A stretch of 64,000 nucleotides of DNA. Source: Phoronis australis (Eukaryota; Animalia; Phoronida). Position 1 is the first letter of the stretch; the number at the start of each line of letters is the position of its first letter. The stretch covers positions 1,207,815 to 1,271,814 of the forward strand of contig NMRA01000033.1 in assembly GCA_002633005.1 (NCBI GenBank), read 5' to 3'. Under the pieces are notes generated by a model. The model saw nothing but the letters and a program-made list of their open reading frames with translations. It was not told the origin of the DNA and did not search any database. Positions 1 through 14,241 of the stretch are shown piece after piece. A program made the translations under genes and the position numbers.

Positions 1-1407
1 AACTAAGGTAGGAATTGACACTTGTTGAGGTTATGACCACCCACAAAGAATGTTTGGCTTCATTGCTATGTTGATTTGACCATAGAACTCTAGCCCTGGA
101 ATGCCATCGTCAATCTCGAGCTGCTGAGGTTACGCCGCGCATGCGTAGCATTTGTTTGCATTCGTTTGTTCCGGTGTTGGTTATTCCGATGGAATTTGCT
201 GTCACTAAAACGTTTCGCATGTCCGCCGTTTTCCAACCGAATAGCATAACAGTCATATCATTAGAAATTCCTTCGCCAGTTCTTCATGGTGTGTGCTGCA
301 AAAGAAAATGCTTCATAATTCAATTCATACATCACCATCATTTCGCATACCTGACAGGTTTAAGAAATATTTTTTGTTACAAAATGTGAAAAAAACAGGT
401 TGTAATAGTAACATATAAAAGGAAATGATCCAGAGATGTTTTATTAATGGCTAATTAAACCAGCAGGGAAATAATTCAGTGATTCAAAAGATTGGCAAAC
501 ATAAAGTACAGCTATGACTAGCAAAAACTTGTTAAGGTTCGCCAAAAATTCTCTTTCGTATGTTTTTATGCCCTTGCATTGCAACCGTACACATAGTCCC
601 CTTACAAACTTCCTCAGTTATTGGGTGATATCATTGTAAGACAATAATAAATGTATCTTTGGCGTAGCACACTCGCTTCCCACGGGAAACTAGGTCGCAA
701 GCTCGTCGCATAGAGGCCAGTAAATAGGTGCATCCATTGTCCACTTTGTCTTTCTTTCTTATAATAAAGATAATGCTAAGCATTTATCGGTAACCGCTGA
801 TGCACGTCCAAGGTACGATCATGCGATCTGAATTGTTGTATCCACCAAAGACGCCGAAAGGAAAGGAATGTTAGTGCCCCATAGACGATAACCATGCGAC
901 AAGCTTACAACCGTCGCATAGATCTCGCAAGAAAAACAATAACCTGCAACATCCATACGACGTCATTTGGCATGGACTAGTGAGATCATCTTCATAATAC
1001 CATGTTACAGAGAAAATATGTCACATACACAGCATCATGAGAGCCCACCATTTCTTTCTGCAACTTTGGAACAGACTCGGCAAGCACGACTTCAGTTTGT
1101 GTCCACATTTGAACGCACGCCTTTACAATTTTGAGGAGCAAAACTTGCCAGGTGGACACAGTGGCGTAGTTAAGGGGTCCGTCCTGGGGGGCACCGTGAC
1201 AGAATTTAGGTGATATTTTGCCCTCTTCCAGTCAGAACTAGTCTATTTTGCATACCATGTTAACGCTAGGCAAATCGACATCATTTCGTTCTCAGCCTTT
1301 GTTGGAATTCATTAGTAGGACACCGATCCGTTAAGAATGTGCTCTCATACCAGAGGTACTGAAATTCCAAGTGTTTTTGCTACCGGTATTGTACCAGTAT
1401 ATTCTCA

Positions 1408-1711
1408 TACAGTGTTCACATAGGACGTCTAGTCCACCGTCTGAAAACAGGGACATCATTGTTAAGGCTCATCAGACGTCCGACAGATATTGCTTACTTA
1501 TCGACCGACCTCAAATCGAAGACAGATCTGCCTGTTTCATAAATCAACATCTTGATTCGCATGTGAATGCAAAGAACATTGGCATTTTTACACATTAATT
1601 CGTTCATATTCTTGTAAGAAGTCTGATAGAACGCACTTGTGAAGTTTAATTTAGGTGGTTGGTCTGCTGTTTTACCACACGGCATGAATGATCCTGCATG
1701 TGAACGCGGTA
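1408..1711. mobile_element. MITE-like element with terminal inverted repeats
   Basis: TACAGTGTTCACATAGGA ... TCCTGCATGTGAACGCGGTA. A related end (GCATGTGAACGCTGTA) lies at about 11337-11352. Confidence 0.55.
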
Positions 1712-2061
1712 AACGCGATATTGGTTACTTTAGAGTAAAAATTTAAATTCCGAGTTCTGGGTTCTGTTTCACAAAAACGAAATGACTTAAGGCTTAAGAC
1801 AGAAGTTTAGTCTTACTCTCCCACTTCAAAATTGCTGAACGAATGTTTAACCAAAACATTATGAGTGCATCGCAGTTTAGAAATAATCCTTAACATTATC
1901 TCACGCGGGCTGTGGCGGTGGACAGAATTGTTCATCCATGACCAACCCTGCCCATGTGGCACATACTGAGCCACAACACCACGTTCCTTACAATATCTCT
2001 TTTTATCACTCTCGCTGGTCTGCTCACTCAGCTTGTCCGGAACCTGCTTTGCAGGTTGTTA

Positions 2062-2275
2062 TAGCCCAGTTGGCTGTTTGGTGTACCCACTTGGTACTTT
2101 ATGTGATATTTGCCCATTTGGCAGTTTGTACCCACTTGGTACTTGTTATTTAATTTGCCGTTTTGCTCGACCCAGTTGGTAGGCAATCGGCCAATACCCA
2201 TTTGGTATTATGTACCCATTTGGTACTATGCTAACCTGTGCCACTTAGTATCCGATACTCAGTTACACTTTGGGT
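2062..2275. repeat. Degenerate tandem array of CCCANTTGG / GTACCCACTTGGTAC
   Basis: About 8 imperfect, near-palindromic units at irregular spacing. Confidence 0.7.
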
Positions 2276-2711
2276 ATCGGAAATGTGTGTGTTATCTCTT
2301 GTAAATAAGGAACTCATCTGGTTCCTTCTGTGAAATATTCATTTGTAGAGCTGTGACCCTGAAATTCCCAATACAACTTAAAATAAATATTATTCTTTGT
2401 TGTTGTTTTATTTGTCCCCAATAACTAGCAGCTTTGCGTAAATTTTCAGTGTCTTCGCATATTTGCTTTATTGAGATTTGGTTAGAAATAGTTGTGTGGA
2501 GCATAGCACCAAATTTCTTAAATCATTTTTCATGAAGCAATCACCAGAAGCTATTTTATAGCGTTAATTCTGGGGTCGTGAAGTGCAAGCCAGGATTATA
2601 CAAGCATCCTCATACATGTAAACCCTTAGGGAAGTCGGTCATACAAGTATCTTCAATTCGCACAACAGTGGAACGGAAATGATTTTGACTTCAAGGATTA
2701 AAACCCGGACC

Positions 2712-3125
2712 CTGGGGGCTGGGGTCCAATCTTTGTCCTCGAATAAGAACTGAACATCAATTTTAGTAATTTCCGTTACATTTTTGGGCGAACTCAAGAT
2801 AAGTAGTCGAGTACATTATGGTCTATGAATTTTGAGTCCTAGTTCGCACTTGATGACCCTTAGATTCGAGCTACAAATTTGAGTAAAAATTCGAGATTTC
2901 GAGGAAAACTCTAGAATTCGAAATCAGACTGGGACATTTATCCTGGATGTGACGTCACCAAGTACAAACTAGGATTAAAGAGTTATGCAGCACGTAAGCC
3001 ATCATGTTTTCGAGCCCAAACTATTGCGTACTTATCTATAAGTATGCACAAAAGTACAATGAATGAAAATGCCAAAAATAATTCCGGGATCGATTTCGAG
3101 TAGAAAGTTGAGACCCAGGCCCCAG
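2712..3125. mobile_element. Palindromic MITE, family X copy 1
   Basis: CTGGGGGCTGGGGTCCAATCTTT..CTCGAA at the start and TTCGAGTAGAAAGTTGAGACCCAGGCCCCAG at the end. Internal TTGATGACCCT..AGCTACAAATTTGA is shared with 8359-8761. Confidence 0.65.
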
Positions 3126-6100
3126 AGCTTGGTTGCATAAAAGTTCAAACGTGATTGCTGGTTAAGTTTGATAATTGAATTACTATAAGTTGATTTTTTC
3201 AATTGTTTCAACATGGCGCATGATTATGTACGTTGTCACTGTCGGCATCCAGCGATAACTTGAGTGTGTGCATCCGGGTACATGCGAGTGCATGCATGTA
3301 CCTACATCAAGACCTCGCAGTTACCACTGTCAGGCTATTGTAGATTATGATCGCATTGGTATAAAAGCTGCATTTCGCCGAGTCTAGCTAAAAACACCAA
3401 TCGAATTAGGCCTTTTCTCTCATAAAATCTGTCTGATTATATCCTATACCGAGGATGGGATCTCATTTCCGTTACCAACTCAAATCACAGGCAATGCATG
3501 CGTGTGCTTTATGGTGGGCTAACCCCAGTAAACCCTGAATCTGTATCTTGAGTCGCTGATAATGTTGCACGGTAAAGGAAGTAGAATCATAGGAATGACA
3601 CCGAGAGTAAAAGGCCGAATTCAATTTTTGTTGTTAGCCAGGTAAACAGTTCGAAACGCAGTTTTTACCAAATGGCGTTCATCAATTGTTTCGCATAAAA
3701 AGAGACCGTTGTACACTACTGTAGTGGAGCGTAGGCGCACGTAGGCGAAGCCAACCAACTTTTGGCATTTGAACGTAGAGCCTACGCACCGTAATTTACA
3801 TTTAGTGCTCGAGGTGATACAGTGGGCTTTGTGCGCCTACTTACCTCTAATTTTATCACAACAGCACTGCCGTTGTACGAACCCAAAACTTGATATCTTT
3901 CTTAAAATATACTCGATTGGTCCTTCGTTCATTTCGAGTATCTGGGCGTTTTTTCAAAAACTCTCCACAAGATTTTGGATAAAAACTGGTAGGTGACTGA
4001 CCCATGGCATGCGGTCAAAAGCCCACGCACTATCTCCTTTCATAAATTACTTTACGGACGTAACTATTGCTGCCTCTCTTATTATCATATTTTGGGATTT
4101 GAAAACCAGCATACTGATCTCGGTGAAAGTCATTTTCATGTTATCTCTTTTTGTCTCTCGTTTTCTGTCATGTTTCTGAGACGTTTATTAAATTGCTGCG
4201 GAATGACTTCAATTGCACGCTAATTGATTTTGGTTAACTTTTACGAGGTACGAAAATACAAGCACAGTTGTACAGTTTACCAGAACAGAGTATTCTGCTG
4301 AAGTGACATTGTAAGCAGTGGGCATGGTGATCACAACCTGCATTTGTCATCTGGATAGAACTTAAAGCTACGACAGTATAGGTTTCATAAGCATGTGTTA
4401 TGTTCAACCCATTTGAACACATCGGTTGACCACATAAAGAATCAGATATCAGAGATGCACATCAGACACTAAATGTTAATGGTATATGGGTTCGAGCATA
4501 GAACACAGTCTAACCACCGCCAGTGACATCTGGCGGCCCAGAAATGTTGCTGTTTCCCTTCCGAAGTTAATTGTTGCGCCGTAATCTGTTTAATCTTTGC
4601 TTTTGCAAACATTCAGCTTGTTTCACTCTTTAATTACTACCACCAAGACCTTACACAAATGACAAATTCCTCTACTGTTACTGTCAGCGCCAGCGTTCAT
4701 ACGTGAAACACTGTGACATGATAACAGCGTTTTCGAATCAGTAACATCTTACAGTGCATCAGACATGTTTAGCCTACCGAAATTATTGATAAAGTATACC
4801 TTTTATGTGATCCCAAATGTTTACGAGAGGTTAATAGGACGATTAAATAAGCGCAAATTTCTCTTTTTATCACCAATATTCTGTCCCATGACGAACTCGT
4901 GTACTTCGGCTGATGCGCTTCCTATGTAAGGCTGTAAGGTAATTAGATTTAAAATCGCTTCAAATCTAGCAACATATTCGTTATGCACAAATAACTCTCA
5001 ATATCTCTAGAGTATTGGCGCCTAGTGAGAAAAGAAGGCCACTTACTGGCTATATAACAATCCATCTTTTTCACTCCATCTTTAACAAGATTTGATATCT
5101 TTCTAAAACAATAAGGCAGTCTATTAGATTCGTTTGTCGGTTGCAGGCTCGTGGGACTTGGGGTTAAAAGGCAAGTTGTCGCAAACATATGAGAAAATCC
5201 TTCGGGGAAGGTGATTATGGGTTTTTAATTGAGTCATTAAAGTGATGATGAGTCTGAGACGTCAACAATGTCGACGTGTCGTAGCCCATGGCATTAGGAT
5301 GAACGAATGGGTGTTTAACGGGAAAGAACGTAGATTTGCGACGAAGTTGTAACCGTCATTAATTCGTCATCGTTGTAATGACAGTTGTCAACTAAGAAAT
5401 ACATTTGCGTTATTATGTCACTAGAACTTGTACTGCACAAGTTTGACTAGGATTGGAATACCAACAATAACCGCTCGCTCGCCCCCTCCCTTTCTCCCTC
5501 CGTGGCCCCTCCTCTCTCTCCCCCGTTCCATTACTCCCTCGTTTCTGCCCTCTTTCAGTCTCCACTAGGTGTCTATACTGTGTAATTGTCTGGACATAAT
5601 TTCACAATTGCTTTTATATCATCCTGTTGTTTCCTGTTTTCTTTACAAAAAATTCTTATCTGAATGAAATTATTTTGCGTGAAAACAGCATACCATTCAG
5701 TGGTTGTTGGCAGGTTCTGCGAAATATGAAAAATAACAAACGATGAAATTCCTTGCTAGACATAGTTTGTTTATCTAGCGCACAATATTCACTGAGACAC
5801 GTTTGATATTTTAATCACAGTCTTGATAGATGAGTAAACGTTGAGACTTTCTGCACGTCAATAAGGACAAACAATAATTAGGGAAATAAGAAAAGGGAAT
5901 AAGAAATTACAGTCAAGTGTACACGTAGCCTTGTTTAAATAAACCATGAACAAATATTGCACATTGACTGACAAACTCCATGGCGAAACCAGAGAAATGA
6001 GTACAGGGGCTGTGTTCAAATGCAGACAGCGACTTGCTCAACCAAAATTGAACCCATTCACGTTTAATAACAACGTAAGCGCTGCGAAAGACGCGGTTTA

Positions 6101-8358
6101 AACAAGCCTTTGTTGACGATTTGCTACGGTTCACGCCATTTTGTAAACGGGCAACCCTTGATCTGAGCTTTGTTAACTGCCGTCGCGTGATTAGTGAAAT
6201 AGTCATGTTTTAAGTTACGGAATTCAATACGACGCTAACAAGGCCAAGCAATGAAATAAAATGAGGAATTTGTAAACAATTTAACTGGATGGTAAAATAA
6301 AAACCCTGTTTAGGATAAACATTGCTTTGATCTACAACTTTATGACCGCGTGTAAAACAGTGGATTTTATTTCGACCTGTCAAGAAAAAAGAAAACGTTT
6401 CGCCTGATTTATGGCGTCTGTAAACTCGTATGATTACTGTCTGGTTTGTTGGGATATTTATGGTGGTGCAACCGTGGTAAATGGTCGGACAACGATCTAA
6501 AAGTTTCTGTTATATCCACCAGTTCCCAATAATCCAGAGCAAAGCTAAGTAAACACATTCAATACTCAGATCTTGTTTGGCATTGCGCGTTTAATAATAG
6601 AATGCGGCCTTGCAATTTGTTTGAATCACGCCTCTTATTCGTTACTGACGCGTGATTCTGCTCTTTCGCAAAAAATGCGTTCTTTTAACAGTAGATGCAG
6701 AAATTCACTATATTTCTCGAACACAGTTGACGCAAATTATTATAACATTAACATTACAAAGGCGATTTTTCTTGGAAACTCACCAATTTCTGGGGAATTA
6801 CTGAATAATTTACTTGTTGTAAATGAAGACTCTATCGGATGCGTCAACGATACGAAAAGACGCATTATTCGTGGTTAGTTCATTTTTTGAAGATGTCTTC
6901 AACTTCCATTCTATTCAGAAGTTTATTGTGAATTACACGGATAGCCTACAACCGATGTGTATGATTGGGATTCAAAATTAGGAAAAGAATGAATTTGTAC
7001 AAAGCAAGCATTACTCAATGATCATCTCTTATCACGCGTAACCATGGATTGACAACAGATTCCATTCCGCTATTTTGATGTAAAATTCCCAGTGTAGGCG
7101 TCGCTTACATACATGTATGTATTTACGTCGTGTGCCAATCTCAACTTTCTGTTTGAGAAAGAAAACATTTTGGTAATGAAAAGTCTTTCCATGTCTTTCT
7201 ACAGTGGAATTCTTGTTGTTGTTCTGATTTCTGGCAGCAGTTCAAGAAGTGCAATTTTACAACACAGTCAGCAGACGTGCATGCCAAAAGTAAAACGGAC
7301 AAACTCGAAAGGCGCCGCTAGTAAAAAAGAACTACATGTATGCGGCACACAAGGTTTATAGACATTTCATTTAGGTTTGTCGTGTTGAGAAATGCAGTCC
7401 ACAGAGTTTCTTACTAAATTATAACATTAGGAACTATGCATTTCTCAGGATTCCTACAAATAGATTTTGCTTTTGGAAAAAAATGCGAAAGAGTGACTTG
7501 TTCATAGGATCTCACAGCAAACGGGGCTCTTTCAATCGCTTTTTACCCAGGCCTTCCAAAGTGGATGCATAATGTTTTCTGGCTCTGTAGTTTCCACCGT
7601 AGCACCCAGTCAGAAATGCAGTCGACTACGTAAACATCCAGGCCACGTGCGTTTGACTGAAACCATATGAAATAGTGATGGAAATCGAGTTGTGCCAAAT
7701 ATTTTATCGAATTGGATTTAAAATTCATCCTCTTATGCTGATAATTTCCAACCATAAATAAAAATCTTGAATTGATTTCAACGCTGGATCACTTAGCAAG
7801 TGTGCAGAAAATACTGCGCCATCAGAGTCGTTTGCATTGTGTTTTTTCAAAATTATTGTCTATATTTAATAGATTCAGGCTCCTTCCTACAAAAGTATTT
7901 CGATATTTAGCGTGGAAACTTTCATTTCGCCATTTTATGATAACCAGTATGTCAAAAATGACTGAATGCAAACTAACTTTAATTACATACCAGTCTTTTG
8001 TAGGCTAGAAGTGTAAAAGCCACTGCTCTGGGATACCATTTAATGAAACATTTCTGTTGAATATTTGTGGCTTGTTTTATGGGGACCCTTGTCGATCACT
8101 GTTTATAACAAAACGAAAAGTTTGAAAGCGGCAATTTACTAAACTTCGACAACCTCGCGTTTGTTGGCGAAACTAAGCGCACATCCTTGTTTTCCATATC
8201 TGCACTAATTAAGATGTTTTAGAAATATTACATAAACGTGAACATGTACATGTGCACAAGGTCACCTGTTGCTACATTTACCAATTTCCGTATGACACGG
8301 AAGACATTAATGTCGTCTGGTATGACCTTGTTGCGTACGAACTGCATGTATAAAATAC

Positions 8359-8761
8359 CTGGGCCCTGGGTCAAATCATGGTATTCAAACTGGAACTGGA
8401 AATAATTGTTGACAGTTTCCATCCTTACTACGTCTGGGTGAAGTCACGATAACTGTATGATTTTGTGCTTGAGTGCCTTATAGTTTCCGTTCATGACTGT
8501 CTCACCCTCATTTGCATTTGATGACCCTACCATCATTAAAGCTACAAATTTGAATCTCAACTGGAAATCTTGAATATTTATTCAAGTTTGTAGCTCGAAA
8601 TCTAGAAGTCATCAAGTACGGACCAGGACTTGGCACACATCTACGTAAACCATACTAAACTCAAGCACACTTACCTCGAGTTCGTTTTAAAGTAGAATGG
8701 AATACTTAAAAAATAATACAGAGTTTGCTTTCGAATTTCAAGTTCTGACCCCGGGCCTCGG
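8359..8761. mobile_element. Palindromic MITE, family X copy 2
   Basis: CTGGGCCCTGGGTCA ... TGACCCCGGGCCTCGG ends; internal fold-back homologous to 2712-3125. Confidence 0.6.
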
Positions 8762-11700
8762 CTCGCGACTACCAAACCTTACTCAGCCCATTTTATTGTG
8801 TTCTGGGACTTTTTAAAATACACAGACTCGGTAACTTTTCTTGCTTTTGGAGACCACCAAAACGTTCTCTATCAAAAGTACTGGAAATATTGAGTAAGTC
8901 TTAAACTTTCCGAGTTGTACTCAGCCAGGGAGAGCGTGAGCATCGATAACTCTCGAGTAAAATCACGAGCTTATTTGAGAAAATAACTAAAAAATCCCAA
9001 GACTGGTAGAAAGGATTCTTGAAAAAGTACTCAATATCAATAGCACTTTATCTGAACTCCAATAACTTCACAACTTGATAACTTACTATACACTGTGCGA
9101 GTATATTTACATAAAATGCAATTAATATTAATCAATGAAACTCCATTCACAATGTAAACACCCTGAGGTCTTTTATTGCCTCAACCATTTTTCATAGTAT
9201 CCAAGAAGGACCCTTTTCACTGTGAGTTTGATCCCATAATTTGTGGGAGGACCGAACCCACTAACTTGGAAAATCCGACACTCTGTATGTACACGACATT
9301 TCGCAATATCCCTATCATAGCAATATCATTTGGAAACTATGTGATATATCATTATAACTGTCGCAGAGTATGGCGATCTCTCCCCCTCTCCCCCGCTCCC
9401 CCTCTCCCCCTCTCCCCCTCTCTCTCTCTCCCTCTCTCTCTCTGTCATCGAAGATACGGTGATGAACGTGTTACGCTCGTGCCCAGACAAAGGGACGAGA
9501 GTTCCTTTTATTAAATCCAATGACACTTTCACTTGGATGCATGACTATTGAGGGACTAAAATTAGCCGAAACTTTAAACAGCATGTGCTATTTAGTCTGA
9601 AAAGGTACAGTTTTTAAAGGTGCATCACGAATACCCATCATTTGAAAATAATGCTTCAGTTCACGAACCTTTGCTGTGTGTGGTAAGCTCATACCGGAAA
9701 TGCCTAGGTAAACATATTGAATTGGATATTCTAAATATCCAACGCCAATTTAACGGAGAAACAGATATATTCACGCGATTGAGCCGAGCACTAATTAAGT
9801 TTGACGCGTTAAGTTTTCAATGCTTGCGAAAGAAAGGTGTCATTTCGCCGGCATTCTCACGTTTCCGCTTGTCAGGCCATATAATAAGAATTTTAACGAG
9901 TTGTGGGCTGAAAATAACGAGCAGTTGCCTCTGCTTATATTATAAACTAAGGTCAACAAGGCAACAAAAATACATCGGATACAAAAACGAAATTTAACTT
10001 GTTCATAATCTCAAACTGCATATACAGGCACTTAGCTGTCTTATTACTACTGACTGTCTTCAAGTGCTGTCAAATTATTTTAATCTCTAACTAGACGTGT
10101 CCCATTTCAGCATTTTGTTATGTTTGATAAGATAATCAATTTATGTTTTACTATTTTTGCATCTGCAGGCAAGCAAAGTATATAATCCGTGATTGCGTGA
10201 TGACGTCATCGTATAGATAATGTAAATACTGGGTTTTATCGTTTTTAAACAAATAGATTGCGAATAAAATCTCAACTTAATTTGAAACCTCAACAAATCA
10301 TCGAAGAGGCATTTCTTTTCTAATGACACATTTTATTATTTTATTTTTTTTTCATTAGTTTGATTTTTACTGCTTTTTAAATCTCCCTCTGTATAGTAAA
10401 GTTCTTGTGCATTCAACTTCTACCGTGAAATTAGCCTGAAATTAAGGACTGGACATATGTATGGAAACGACGACAGGGTGGAAAGTGTTTCCTTTTGTAA
10501 ATTATCTTTGCATCGACTGACAAAATAATAAAGTATGCAAACTGCTGTTTAATTGTTGAAAACACACAAATTATTATAATTCTTTTGCTCATTAAAAAAT
10601 AACGGACCGTCTTGAAATGAAGAAAATGAAATTGTATAACATTTTCGTATGTTTCATCCGTCGTGCAGGTATTTGCATTATTTCAGCATGAGTACATTTT
10701 CGTCAATCAGAAACATTCCAAAAATGGGTGATCAAGTTTTTCGAAGTCACGGTTATGGAAATTACATTTTTGTATGCGAGACGATGTATTAAATTCAGGG
10801 ATGAACTTCATGTTTAAGTTCAAATATGATCCTGCTGGAGCTGCAGGCTCCACGTATAATTGTTTCGAAAGTCACGTGGTTAAGTTCGAAAATCCTCCAC
10901 AAATACAAACGGAGCAAAAAAATCGCCACAGACGCTATCAATGAACCCTGCTGATGGTTCCATGATCTATTATCGGGTGAAATTAGATTATTTTAGCTTG
11001 CACATATAGGTGGGAAAACTTTCATTAAAATATAATATAGTATTCAGATGTGGAACTTTTATAAGAGGCCGTAGATAGTACGTTTTATTTTATGGCAGAT
11101 TAACCGTCCTACAGCTAATTATCATAGCATTATTGTGTGAAATGCTAATATCCTGGTCAAATCGCGTGCGATCATTACGGGCGAACGGAGCCTAACCACA
11201 CTTTTACGTTATTGTGCAGATCTACATACTGATCAGGAGCGGACGATAAGAATGCGGATCAGCCGTCTGACGACCGTTCACGTGCGGATTTTTTCAGCCG
11301 TCGAATCAGGCGTCCGATCTGGTTTCTGATCAGACCGCATGTGAACGCTGTATGCGTAACGCATTAGAAGGATAGATCCTCCAAATGCAAAATTAATACA
11401 ATACATTCGATTTACAAGCACCTCATTTTGTTTAGTATAGCCATATGTTTGCGGAATGCACTCAAGAGGAAGCTAAGACAAAAAATCCTGATAAGATTAG
11501 TTCATATTCATATCAATTTGCACCATGCTGTGAATGCAAGTTCACTTGATTCCATTCGACAACATTTATAATATCACAATCAACAATTAGATCATGAGAT
11601 GCCATGTGAATTGGGTCGTTAATCTTAATTATTTAATTACCTTTCCGTGGCCAGTTGTTTCTGGCGGTGAGCAGACATTTCATAGTTCAGCTCGCAAAGA

Positions 11701-13069
11701 ACATCTCCTATAACTGCACACTTATGTTGCCAACTCTGGCCTGGTGGCAATTAATTACTAAATAGACCCGCGGAAGGGTTTATATGTTTCATAATGGTGG
11801 TGATTAGGCGTCAAGTGTCTCTTCAGGGGGCAAGAGATCAAAGAATATGTATTCCTTGTGAAAACAGTTAACATTACACGTAATGTGATTATTAAGAGGT
11901 GCGCCAGATGACCAACAGGCTATTGCGGATTGTTAAGCTTGTTATAAACTGTACCCAGCTTTAACAACCACTGTAATCACTGCTGACTCACTTATTGTCT
12001 CCTGAACATGTAATTAATTCCATTGGATTTTGAAATGCATATGAATTCACGACATAAATTCGATGTTGTTTTTCTCTTACATTTTACTTAAAGTTTAACA
12101 AACATTTCCTCTGTATTTTCTAAGAAATTAATTGTTATGAAATGATACTATTCAATGAAATTAATACTACCAGTAATGTCTCTCTTTGGTCCACCGTGAC
12201 AGCGGCAATATGTCAGACAAGTATACGTATAGATGTGCAGTTTTCTCTCATTTTTCAGCTCCTAGTAAAAACAAACCATGACATTAAAATCCATGGAAAT
12301 ATCGCAATTGCACCAAGGATGATTTTTGAAGGATCCCCCAGAGTCATTGGCGCATAAACTTCATTGACGCAAAGCGGCTGCTCAACTCGTGCTGCATATA
12401 ACGGGTGTATTGAAATGGTGCTAGCAATCACACTTTACTTTGTCTTTGTGCAAAAATAATTTGTGCTGCCTTCAGATTCTGACACAGCGACAATGTAGAA
12501 CAATTTCTCAAAGCTGTAAGCTCAGTGCCAATCGTCGGCCATGCAACGTACTGGAATAGCAGACGAGGTCACTCAAGAAAGATGTCGCCCACAAAAATCA
12601 AATTGTGAAAGGACAGAAAAAATAGCGTGGCCGTATGTTCTCTAAAGGGGTCCATAGATTTAAGGATATGTTGGTCAATGGACCCAATGTCTACATCGTA
12701 ACCTACTACAAGATTGATGCACCTTCCTAGGAAACACACGATTAACCGCCACAGGACGTTTTACAATGACACGATCAAAATAAATAAATCCAAGTGAGCG
12801 TTTTCGTTAGAATTTAGGCGGGCACTTACTGCAGTACGCAAGCCGGAATTTTTGTATTTGTATGCAACAAATTGCAGAAAATCACGTAGCCTTTTATATT
12901 ATTTTTTGTGTAACTTTATTACAAGACTTGTCAGTATCTTTTGGTACAACGTTGGCAATTTTGTGTTCCAAATGGTCTGTAAAACTCCCCATCTATCGCG
13001 ATCTTCGAGTAATGAAGTGCCAGTTGCCGTCTGTTCACTTATCATTTACAAACTATTGAAGTAATGAGA

Positions 13070-13200
13070 GAACCAATGATATCATTAGACTAAGTACCGA
13101 CAGTTAAACTCGCACTCTGATTGGTTGTTGGCACGTAGTTATTATCGTCTGCCAACAAAGCAGTGGGTCTGCAAAACATATTTATTGAAAAACTTCAAGC
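13070..13200 (+). promoter_or_regulatory. Candidate Lbx proximal promoter
   Basis: CCAAT at 13073-13077 and CTGATTGG (reverse CCAAT) ending at 13124, about 500 bp upstream of the ATG. Motif-level evidence only. Confidence 0.35.
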
Positions 13201-13631
13201 ACGATTTTACACTGGCTGAGAAAGTTCTGAAGTCTCGTGTCTTAGGGGGAAAAAGCCTCTGGTTGTACCAGAATACTGGATGAAAACGTTAATTTATCTT
13301 CTTTACTTCTCGCGACGAATGCCGTTCAAGCGCGACTAAACGGCTTCAGGCTACTTCTTGGCGGTCTGGTTTTGTCGTTAAAAACAGTTTGTTGGGAAAT
13401 TTGACCTGTCAAATCATAATTGTGTGTTGGCCTACTTGGTGAGAAGCTGGCTTTGCGGTTCGTGGTCTTTTGATAGAAATATTTTCCAGAATATTTTACT
13501 CTTGACATAATTTGCCAAACAGTTTAAGGTGGAGAGGCAGCAGGTCAAGAAAAATAGCTAAATGTATTGCTTATTTAAGAGGAACATTTAACTCCAATGA
13601 ACGTACTGATGAAAATGAAGGACTACTAATT

Positions 13632-14241
13632 ATGCCGCCAGCAAAAGGCACAAAGATATCTTGCAGCAGTGAAAACTCCAGCGAGAGCCGTTCAACCGAG
13701 CATCGGACGAGCACGGACCACATATTAACCCCTAAAGTTGGACCATTGCCGGCAAATGGTGAGATGGCGTTACATAACATTGTTAGCGATGAGACAGCTG
13801 AGGCCATAATCAGACCAGACATTCATATATGCGAATCAAAGAGCGGGGACCGTAAAACGTGCGAAGCGAGACAAAACAAGTCAAATCTTTTTTCAAAAGA
13901 CTCTTACGAGCCAATACGGAAACTGGCAATGGTTAAGCTCCAGCCACCGCGAAATCCCAGCAAGCCTTTTACAAGTTTCAGTATAGCTGATATCCTGAGC
14001 GACAAGAGAAAGCCAACAAGACCAATACCTCTAGACCCGAGACATTTCCTGACCCGCGCGTGGGATTCTCACGTGGTCAGTCCAGAATTGAGGAGATCCT
14101 ACTCCGTGGCGGACTCAGACGAGGAAGATATCGTTGTGGATGATGACCCTCCTCCCAGAGTCTCACCTGTATCACCACTTGATGCACTATTCAAGATGGC
14201 TAACAAGACATTCGAAGGACTAGACGATTGTGGACTAACAG
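13632..14241 (+). CDS. Lbx: Ladybird homeobox gene, coding exon 1
   Basis: First in-frame ATG of ORF 13512..14264 is at 13632. Encodes the eh1 motif SKPFTSFSIADIL (FSIADIL about 13977-13997) and the Lbx-type motif SPLDALFKMANKTFEGLD. Ends at phase-1 donor ACAG|GTATGA (GT at 14242). The true start could instead be a downstream ATG, e.g. 13929. Confidence 0.9.

Noticed and set aside
13512-13631. ORF-track N-terminal extension of Lbx
   Set aside because: It starts at TTG; the first in-frame ATG is 13632. The TTG start at 21668 is likewise intron sequence.
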